A DNA stretch of 63,830 nucleotides, counting the filler. It is 7 parts of 7 records of this genome, joined end to end, with 100 filler letters (N's around TTAATTAATTAA, not from the genome) between each part and the next. Parts side by side here need not be neighbours in the genome. Positions count along the whole stretch, not along the records: positions 48,921 to 56,674 come from SRR31147125_11621; positions 56,775 to 63,830 come from SRR31147125_11652; 5 more parts are not named here. The stretch is one strand, 5' to 3'. Position numbers and translations under genes: made by a program. Below are positions 53,080 to 60,917 of this stretch, piece by piece. Numbering within the stretch: the first letter of the stretch is position 1; each line of letters opens with the position of its first letter. Below the pieces are notes generated by a model. It saw only the letters and a list, made by a program, of their open reading frames with translations. It did not search any database and was not told the origin of the DNA.

Positions 53080-54182
53080 TGAGTGTGAATATTCTGGTAA
53101 TAAATCCGGGGGCGACTTCTACAAAGCTCGCTTTATATAAAGACGAAAAAGAAATCCACAACGAATCGGTCACGCATGACAGACGTGATCTCGATATGCT
53201 TACCAATGTTTCGCATCAGGTGAAATATCGCATGATGGCAATAGGTCAGCTTATTCACAAATGGAATCTCGATATAGAATCCATTGATGCAGTTGCCGCT
53301 CGTGGTGGTCCTCTTATGCCACTTCCTGCCGGAACTTATGCTGTCGATGCCGAGATGGTAATAGACATTATGCAAGGCAACGTTATGGCAGATCACCCAA
53401 GTTCTCTTGGTGCTGTGATGGCCAGAAAGCTTATGGCGGCGCGTGAGAAACCGGCTTTTATCATTGATCCTGTATGTGTGGATGAGATGATGGACATTGC
53501 GAGGATTTCAGGATTAGCAGATATCGAGCGAAAATCGTTATGGCATGCTCTTAATTGCAGATATACTGCAAGGCTTGCAGCTAAAGCGCAGAATATGGAT
53601 TTCGATAAATCGAAAATTGTCGTCGCTCATCTTGGTTCAGGGATTAGCGTCGTAGCACTAAAGAATGGCAAAGCGATTGATGTTTCTAACGCAAACGAGC
53701 AAGGCCCGTTTTCCGTTGAAAGAGCGGGTGCTTTGCCTGTTACATCTTTGGCAAAATATTGTGCCAACTCGAATCAGGATGCCAAGGATCTTTCTAAAAA
53801 GCTTACCAAACAAAGCGGTCTGATTGATTACCTTGGCACATCGAGTTTGTTTGAAGTAGAAAATAAAATCGAGAGCGGGGATGATTACGCAAAATTGATT
53901 TTCGACGCTATGGCCTATCAGACAGCAAAAGAAATTGGTGCAATGAGTGCTGCACTAAAAGGTGCGGATCTGATCGTTTTGACAGGAGGCATGGCGAATT
54001 CCGAAAGACTTGTAAATACCATAAAGGAATACATTGCAAATCTTGCGGATATTCATATTATAGCAGGTGAAAAAGAAATGGAAGCTCTTGCTATGGGAGC
54101 TTTACGGGTAATAAATGAAAATGAAAGAAGTTTATCTTACAGTGAAATAAAAAATGGAAAACTGAAAGGAGCATCGGAATGA
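53079..54182 (+). CDS. buk: Butyrate kinase
   Basis: LVINPGATSTK, ARGG, HALN, AHLGSGISV and LTGGMA; TAATG overlap with ptb. Confidence 0.94.
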   Translation: MSVNILVINPGATSTKLALYKDEKEIHNESVTHDRRDLDMLTNVSHQVKYRMMAIGQLIHKWNLDIESIDAVAARGGPLMPLPAGTYAVDAEMVIDIMQGNVMADHPSSLGAVMARKLMAAREKPAFIIDPVCVDEMMDIARISGLADIERKSLWHALNCRYTARLAAKAQNMDFDKSKIVVAHLGSGISVVALKNGKAIDVSNANEQGPFSVERAGALPVTSLAKYCANSNQDAKDLSKKLTKQSGLIDYLGTSSLFEVENKIESGDDYAKLIFDAMAYQTAKEIGAMSAALKGADLIVLTGGMANSERLVNTIKEYIANLADIHIIAGEKEMEALAMGALRVINENERSLSYSEIKNGKLKGASE

Positions 54183-56014
54183 AGGCAGTACTTTCAGGCA
54201 ATGAAGCAATTGCAAGGGCAGCCTGGGAAGCGGGAGCGAGAGTTTGTGTTGCCTATCCCGGAACACCGAGTACGGAAATTCTCGAAAACTGCGCACGCTA
54301 TGAAGACATGCATTCGCAGTGGTCGATCAATGAAAAGGTAGCTTTGGAGGTCGGCTCAGGTTCATCTTTGGCGGGAGCGAGAACTCTTGTTTGTATGAAA
54401 CATGTCGGTATGAACGTTGCCGCAGATCCTTTGTTTACCATGAGTTATATCGGAGTTCGTGGCGGTCTGGTAATAATTACCGCAGACGATCCGGAAATGC
54501 ACAGCTCTCAAAACGAGCAGGATAACAGGCACTACGCCAGAGCATCGAAGATTCCACTGCTTGAACCATCAGATTCATCAGAAGCTCTTAACTTCGTTAA
54601 GTCTGCTTTCGAGCTATCCGAAAAATTCGACACTCCTGTGATTATTCGTGTGACGACTAGAATCTGTCATGCTCAGGGTATTGTTGAGTTGTCCGAGAGA
54701 GCTGAGCAGGAATTAAAAGATTACGAACCTGATTTTGCAAAACAGGTCATGCTTCCGGCAAATGCGAGGAAAAGACATCCGATAGTTGAGCAGCGCACTA
54801 AAGAACTATTGAAGTTCGGTAGAAATGCTCCTTTTAATAAAACTGAAAAAGGCAGCGATAAAATCGGCTTCGTTACATCCGGTGTTTCTTATCAATATGT
54901 TAAAGAAGCATTTCCCGATGCTTCCATTTTGAAATACGGATTTTCATGGCCGCTTAATACTACTCCTGCCAAATTATTCCGTAAAAAAGTGGATAAGCTG
55001 TTTGTCGTCGAAGAAGGCGATCCTTACATGGAAGAGCAACTTTTGGCAGCCGGAATAAAGATTGATGGCGGAAAAGCCAAAACCGGATATTTGGGTGAAC
55101 TGAATGTTGATAGAGTACGTAAGGCCTTTGGTAAACGACCGAAAAAAGGACTTACTACAGAAGTTGATGTTCCTATGCGCCCTCCCGCACTTTGTGCAGG
55201 TTGTGCCCACAGGGGAATGTTCTATGCTCTCGCAAAAGAAAAAGCGACAGTGTTCGGTGATATCGGCTGCTACACTCTGGCTGCATTGCCTCCATTAAAT
55301 GCTATGGACACATGCATCTGCATGGGTGCCTCGATTTCTGCATCTGAAGGTTTGGTTCAGGCAAGACGTGGTGAAGACAGAAAGATGGCCTGTGCTATTG
55401 GTGATTCGACTTTCATGCATTCCGGTGTAACAGGTCTTATAGATGCTGTGCATAATAAAGCCGCCTTCGTGACAGTTATTCTCGATAATCGTGTAACAGC
55501 GATGACAGGACATCAGAATAATCCGATTACAGGAAAAACTCTTTCAAACGAAAATACATACAAGATTGACCTGAAGCGTCTTGTCAAAGCTTGTGGTGTT
55601 AAATACGTAGATGTAATAGATCCTTATGACATTAAGAATAACCGCGAGATTTTGGCGAAGCACTGGGAATATGATGAACCATCAGTAATCATTGCCAAGC
55701 GCGAATGCGTCGAGTGGGCGAAATTCAAAGACACTCCATATCGAGTCGATACGGATCTTTGCGTTGGTTGCAAAACCTGTGTCGGTCTTGGTTGTCCCGC
55801 GATTGTGTATGATGCCAAAAACAGAAAATCCGGTATTACGGAAATGGCTTGTGCCGGTTGCACAATGTGTGCTCAGGTCTGCCCGTTTGAAGCGATCTAC
55901 AGAGTGGATGAAGAAGCGGCACATAAGAAAAAAGCCAAGAAGCTTTTAGCGGAAAGATTGGCCAAGAAAGAAACCGCCAAAAAACGCGCCAAAGCCAAGA
56001 AAGGGGGCAAATAA
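54179..56014 (+). CDS. iorA: Indolepyruvate:ferredoxin oxidoreductase alpha subunit
   Basis: YPGTPSTEI, SSQNEQD, RPPALCAGCAHR, GDIGCY and a C-terminal ferredoxin domain. Confidence 0.95.
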   Translation: MKAVLSGNEAIARAAWEAGARVCVAYPGTPSTEILENCARYEDMHSQWSINEKVALEVGSGSSLAGARTLVCMKHVGMNVAADPLFTMSYIGVRGGLVIITADDPEMHSSQNEQDNRHYARASKIPLLEPSDSSEALNFVKSAFELSEKFDTPVIIRVTTRICHAQGIVELSERAEQELKDYEPDFAKQVMLPANARKRHPIVEQRTKELLKFGRNAPFNKTEKGSDKIGFVTSGVSYQYVKEAFPDASILKYGFSWPLNTTPAKLFRKKVDKLFVVEEGDPYMEEQLLAAGIKIDGGKAKTGYLGELNVDRVRKAFGKRPKKGLTTEVDVPMRPPALCAGCAHRGMFYALAKEKATVFGDIGCYTLAALPPLNAMDTCICMGASISASEGLVQARRGEDRKMACAIGDSTFMHSGVTGLIDAVHNKAAFVTVILDNRVTAMTGHQNNPITGKTLSNENTYKIDLKRLVKACGVKYVDVIDPYDIKNNREILAKHWEYDEPSVIIAKRECVEWAKFKDTPYRVDTDLCVGCKTCVGLGCPAIVYDAKNRKSGITEMACAGCTMCAQVCPFEAIYRVDEEAAHKKKAKKLLAERLAKKETAKKRAKAKKGGK

Positions 56015-56601
56015 TGAGTAACAAAACAACAAACGTCCTCGTAGTTGGTGTTGGTGGACAAGGTATTATTCTTGCCGGTGAAATTCTCGCTAAAGTGGCA
56101 TTAAACGCCGGACTCGATGTCAAAAAAAGTGAAGTTCACGGTATGGCACAGCGCGGTGGAAGCGTTAATTCGCAAGTCCGAATCGGTGACACGGTTCGCT
56201 CACCCATTATTCCGCAAGGCGAGACGGACATCTTGCTTGCTTTTGAAAAGCTCGAACCTCTGCGCTGGATTTCATATTGCAACAAAAATACTAAAGCGAT
56301 AATAAGCGATCATAAGATTCATTCCTTGACAACAGCTACAAGTCTTCAGACTTATCCCGATGGAGTGGATGAAGAACTGAATGCAAAATTCAAGAATCTG
56401 CATCTGATACCAGCAACACAAATGGCTATCGATATTGGTAATCCTCGTGTTGTAAACGTGATTTTCCTGGGGTTGATGGCTCGTATGATGGACTTCCCCA
56501 AAGAAGCCTGGATCGATGCACTAAAAGAGCGATTGCCACAAAAAATTATTGATGTGAACATGAAAGCCTTTGCGGCGGGATATGCCTTGATGGATGAATA
56601 G
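56014..56601 (+). CDS. iorB: Indolepyruvate:ferredoxin oxidoreductase beta subunit
   Basis: GVGGQG and SEVHGMAQRGGSV. Confidence 0.95.
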   Translation: MSNKTTNVLVVGVGGQGIILAGEILAKVALNAGLDVKKSEVHGMAQRGGSVNSQVRIGDTVRSPIIPQGETDILLAFEKLEPLRWISYCNKNTKAIISDHKIHSLTTATSLQTYPDGVDEELNAKFKNLHLIPATQMAIDIGNPRVVNVIFLGLMARMMDFPKEAWIDALKERLPQKIIDVNMKAFAAGYALMDE

Positions 56602-56653
56602 TGAAAGATAAAGAAACCTCCCCCAAAAACGAAATTTACGATTACGTTTTTCT

Positions 56654-56674
56654 GCCCCTCCCATAGAGAGGGGC
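56654..56674. terminator. GC-rich hairpin after iorB
   Basis: GCCCCTC-CCATAGA-GAGGGGC at the contig end. Confidence 0.4.
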
Positions 56675-56774
56675 NNNNNNNNNNNNNNNNNNNNNNNNNN
56701 NNNNNNNNNNNNNNNNNNTTAATTAATTAANNNNNNNNNNNNNNNNNNNNNNNNNNNNNNNNNNNNNNNNNNNN
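56675..56774. other. Artificial contig linker
   Basis: N-run + TTAATTAATTAA + N-run. Confidence 0.99.
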
Positions 56775-57117
56775 GGTAGTATATACAATGTGCATTTTTC
56801 AAAAGTGTATTGAGGTTATAACCTTGGTACATTATTTCGTTTTTTAGGCAAAAGAGGTATTCTTCCATTATTTTTAGTAAATATGTTGAGGAAATATATT
56901 CTCTGGCATGATGAGTGGCACATAAAAAAATATGGTTTTCACCGTTTCCGATTTTAACATATGGTAAAAGTCTCTTAAATACAGAAAACCCAGCGTTAAA
57001 AATTTCTAATAAATCAGGGTACGCTGTCTTTAATTTGTTTAAATACAATACGCAATCAGAATATGATATTGGTTTTGTTTCAATTACTATATTGGTATCA
57101 GAATAATATTTCATCAT
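56775..57117 (-). CDS. M14-family zinc carboxypeptidase, 3'-truncated
   Basis: GFSVFKR...KIGNG and zinc motif HHAREYIS. Confidence 0.8.
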
Positions 57118-57242
57118 AATATATGATATGACGATTTTACAAAATTATTACAGCTATTTAATTGTTATATATTGTAGAAATACATATTATAGTATAAAAT
57201 GCAGTAAAATGTCTATTTGCAGATTATGTGGAGGTAACAGGG

Positions 57243-58877
57243 ATGACGAACAACTCAGCGGATGAATCAAAAGATAAATTGATAAGGATATTAAAAATAA
57301 TTGGAGCAGCACTTCCTATTATTGCATTCATTATTGGTTTATTGACAGCGGATTTTACCTTATTATTTGTGGAAAATGGAGAGGTAAACAGCAAGATTGT
57401 TGAAGAAGTACAAGAGAATGAAGATAGTGTTGATTATTATGATACTGTATACGAGAGAGTTGTCATGGTGAAAAAGACAATTTTATATTTGCATCAAGTC
57501 AATTTATCCATTGATGAATCCCAAACAGGATTAGTATTTGATATTGAGAGGAATGAATCTACGTCCTGGCAAAAAATATTCAAAAGAAAAGATTTTTATA
57601 CAGTTACAATGTCGTTGAATGACAGGTGGCGTGAAGATGGACAGTATATAGATGAAGATTGGATGGAAAGTTGCGAGTATGATTTAGAAATAAAAGGTGA
57701 AGGCGGAGATGGGAAAATTATAACATTACATGATGAAATTGAAATAAATCATGCCGCCTCAATAGTTGAGCCTAAAGATGGTGCTATGGTACCTGATAGA
57801 ACTACTATAACTGGAAAGTTAATCGATGGGAAGCTGATGGAAGGATATAGCTTATATATTGTGGCATATTCACCTGAAGGTAATATATTCTATCCTCAAT
57901 CAGTAGCAGAAATAGACCAAACAGGGAATTGGACTGCAGAAATAGACCTGAGTGATAAGCAATTTGTTGATATCTCTCAAGTAAAAATATTAGCTCTAGT
58001 AGGGGACGAAAATGCTAAAAAGGAATATCAGGACTATATGATCCATCAAGACAATGCAGGCTGGAAAACTGTTTCAGAAAGTTTTCACCTATCTGGTTTT
58101 GTAGATGTTACAATAATGCCTGAAGTATGTATAACAAATTTGAGTGATAATGAAAAAATTGGTACAGAACATGTAATAGAAGGTGCTGTCAAGCATTTAG
58201 GGGAGTATAGCGTGTCTGTTGTTGTGTATTCATATCAAAATGAAATATATTATCCACAGAGAATAAACGAAGTTTTGCCTTCTGGTGAATGGAATGAAAC
58301 CATATACTTTGGTGATTTAGAAGACAGCGAAGAAAGCTTTAGACTGATGGTGATATTCACAAAAGGCGCAGATGCACAGTATATAAATGATTATCTATAT
58401 GAGTGCGAAAAGAACACATCGTGGCCAGGAGTAAAATCTATTCCGGACGATAGTTTAATTGGATGTTCAGTAGATATTATTCGTGAAAAAGTTAAACCTT
58501 TAGCAGAGGGAAGCATATTATATCCTGAGGAAAATGCAATAGTTGCTCCGCAGGAAAATGTAGAAGGTGTTATTACAGATATGCAGGATGGCGTGTCTGT
58601 ATACCTAGTAGTATATTCAAATGCAGCAGGTAAATACTATCCGCTTAAAAGCCTCGAACCAAATGCAGCAGGAGAATGGCTTGTCACTGTATATTTTGGT
58701 GAAAATGCAGACAGTGGCAATGCATACAAGCTGTTAATGATTGCTATACAGGACAATGGAGCAAAAGAATATCAAACTTATTTGGATGAATGCGAGAGCG
58801 AGCAAAGTTGGCCTGGAATAAGAACATTAGTAGATGGTTCTAAAGTCGTAGATGAAATAATGTTAACGAGAGATTAA
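57243..58877 (+). CDS. Membrane-anchored protein with three ~120-aa tandem repeats
   Basis: RBS GGAGG, N-terminal TM, and repeats carrying YS...(F/Y)YP...G.W. Confidence 0.85.
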   Translation: MTNNSADESKDKLIRILKIIGAALPIIAFIIGLLTADFTLLFVENGEVNSKIVEEVQENEDSVDYYDTVYERVVMVKKTILYLHQVNLSIDESQTGLVFDIERNESTSWQKIFKRKDFYTVTMSLNDRWREDGQYIDEDWMESCEYDLEIKGEGGDGKIITLHDEIEINHAASIVEPKDGAMVPDRTTITGKLIDGKLMEGYSLYIVAYSPEGNIFYPQSVAEIDQTGNWTAEIDLSDKQFVDISQVKILALVGDENAKKEYQDYMIHQDNAGWKTVSESFHLSGFVDVTIMPEVCITNLSDNEKIGTEHVIEGAVKHLGEYSVSVVVYSYQNEIYYPQRINEVLPSGEWNETIYFGDLEDSEESFRLMVIFTKGADAQYINDYLYECEKNTSWPGVKSIPDDSLIGCSVDIIREKVKPLAEGSILYPEENAIVAPQENVEGVITDMQDGVSVYLVVYSNAAGKYYPLKSLEPNAAGEWLVTVYFGENADSGNAYKLLMIAIQDNGAKEYQTYLDECESEQSWPGIRTLVDGSKVVDEIMLTRD

Positions 58878-59030
58878 AGATAGATAATAGGAGCTGTATA
58901 AAAAGCCTTGAAATATAAATGTAGAAAAGACATCTCAATTATTATCAACTACTTTGAACTATGATGCAGGCAAAGTAGTTGAACCCAGATGTCAAAAAGG
59001 CGTAATGTTTTAGAACAGAGAAATTGGGTA

Positions 59031-59567
59031 TTAGTCAGCTTTATATTGTTTAATAAAATCAGTCAATGCATTTTTTATAGATTCGAAAGCAAAAAGTGAA
59101 CTATCTATATCTTTAATATCCAACCAAAACAAAGAATCTGCATCATCGCCAGCTGTTAGCTCTGCATCATCAGGAATATCGGCTATAAAGACACAATCCA
59201 TCGTATGGTATTTAACATCTTTATACACATATGTGTTAGGGTATGATGTAAAATACGACAAGTTAGATGGAGCATAGCTTATCTCTTCTATAAGTTCACG
59301 TTTTGCTCCTTGTTCTAAAGTCTCGTTGTACTCTACAAAGCCTCCTGGTAGATCATACATACCTTTTTGAGGATCGAATTTTCTCTCTATAACCAATATC
59401 TTGTTTTGATTTATAAGAATACAAGATGTAGCAGCTGCGCAGTTGAAAAATAATTTGTAACCACAATCTTTACAAAGCATATTGTTCTCTTCATCAACAA
59501 TGTTTTTAGAAGCGCATTTTGGACAAAACTTAAATTGTGTTTTTTCTAAGAACCTTTCTAATTTCAT
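59031..59567 (-). CDS. Zinc-ribbon NUDIX hydrolase
   Basis: CPKC...CKDC; Nudix box PGGFVEYNETLEQGAKRELIEE. Confidence 0.92.
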   Translation of the reverse strand: MKLERFLEKTQFKFCPKCASKNIVDEENNMLCKDCGYKLFFNCAAATSCILINQNKILVIERKFDPQKGMYDLPGGFVEYNETLEQGAKRELIEEISYAPSNLSYFTSYPNTYVYKDVKYHTMDCVFIADIPDDAELTAGDDADSLFWLDIKDIDSSLFAFESIKNALTDFIKQYKAD

Positions 59568-59759
59568 ATAAACCTCATTTCAAATCAAATATAGCACAAT
59601 AATTGATTTAACTGCAACAACAGATTTACCACTTATTTAAATTTTTAAATAAATTTGCTTAAGACAATATTGTATATTAGCTATGTATACTGTTCAATTT
59701 GTAATATACAAGAATACTGATGCATATATATATTTATATTATCTATTTGATAAGGAGTA

Positions 59760-60218
59760 ATGGTGAAAATTTATAATTTTGCAAAAGCAAGAATATATGG
59801 CTCCTCCGATTATCCTAATATTTCTGGAGTGGCGAGTTTTACTGATATACCATTTGGCGTTTGGGTTAATATAGAAATTAAGCGATTGCCCAAAAACTAT
59901 AGTGGCTTTTATGGTTTTCATTTGCATGAAGGAACAAGTTGCGAGGTAGGGGAAAAACCATACTATAAAAAAACATTGTCTCACTATAACCCAAAAGAAA
60001 AAAACCATCCATTGCATTCAGGTGATTTCCCTAACTTATTAGCAACAGAAAATGGTTACTCTAAAATGTTTTTTTTAACTGATAGGTTTCGAGTTAATGA
60101 TATTATTAGTAAAACTGTTGTGGTTCATTTAAACCCTGATGATTATACTACCCAGCCAAGTGGTGGGTTTTCAGAAAAAATTGCATGTGGAAAAATATCT
60201 CCTGTCTATAGGCTATAG
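59760..60218 (+). CDS. sodC: Cu/Zn superoxide dismutase family protein
   Basis: GFHLHE, HYNP, HPLHSGD, VVVH...DD and IACG. Confidence 0.88.
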   Translation: MVKIYNFAKARIYGSSDYPNISGVASFTDIPFGVWVNIEIKRLPKNYSGFYGFHLHEGTSCEVGEKPYYKKTLSHYNPKEKNHPLHSGDFPNLLATENGYSKMFFLTDRFRVNDIISKTVVVHLNPDDYTTQPSGGFSEKIACGKISPVYRL

Positions 60219-60259
60219 TATTTATAAGTGGTAACATTATTTTTAAGAGGTAAAAATAA

Positions 60260-60610
60260 ATGCTCAAAATAATAAAAAAAATGGATGAGATAATTGAATT
60301 ACTACATGAATCAAAAGAATACGAAAAATTATTATTAGCAACAATGGAAATAAAAAAGGACAAGTATATATTTGGAAAAATAAATCTATATGAAAATTTA
60401 AAGAAAGAAATACAGATAAATGAAACAAACATATTGATTAAAACACAATTGCTTAAAAAACTAAATTCTAATTATAAAAAATATCTTAAAATGCAAAATG
60501 TCAACCAATATCTAATTGCTAAGGAAAAATATAACACGCTTGAGTATCGCGTTTATAGATATATACAAAACAGCTTAAAAAAAGAAATTGAGCAAATGCA
60601 TATTATATAA
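60260..60610 (+). CDS. Small helical protein, possibly YlbF/YmcA-like
   Basis: RBS GAGG; size and ESKEY / NVNQYL.A pattern reminiscent of that family. Confidence 0.5.
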   Translation: MLKIIKKMDEIIELLHESKEYEKLLLATMEIKKDKYIFGKINLYENLKKEIQINETNILIKTQLLKKLNSNYKKYLKMQNVNQYLIAKEKYNTLEYRVYRYIQNSLKKEIEQMHII

Positions 60611-60757
60611 GTCTAATGAATAAATATACACACCTTAAAGTTATACTAATATTGTGAATACACTCAATAGTGTATAATTTATATTATAAAACATTATTTT
60701 ATTATTTTATATTTTATAAAAGTGAATATTTATTAACAATTATCGCAAATAGTATTA

Positions 60758-60787
60758 TTGACTATTGTATTTAAAATATGATATAAT
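60758..60787 (+). promoter_or_regulatory. SigA-type promoter of gltB with extended -10
   Basis: TTGACT (60758), 18 nt, TATAAT (60782) preceded by TGn. Confidence 0.7.
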
Positions 60788-60917
60788 TTCAGCCAATGAT
60801 GCTAAATGGGAAGGTATCGCTTTTTTTTGTTATCTCCATTATGCATGGAAGTTAGCTATTATTTTCATTATTACATATAATGGTTATAAATAATTTCGGA
60901 AAATATTTGAAAAGGGG

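Noticed and set aside
9860-56774. Recurring TTAATTAATTAA within N-runs as a biological repeat
   Set aside because: Six identical 100-nt linkers with all-frame stops; artificial joins. ORF tails of X or 'LIN' are artefacts.
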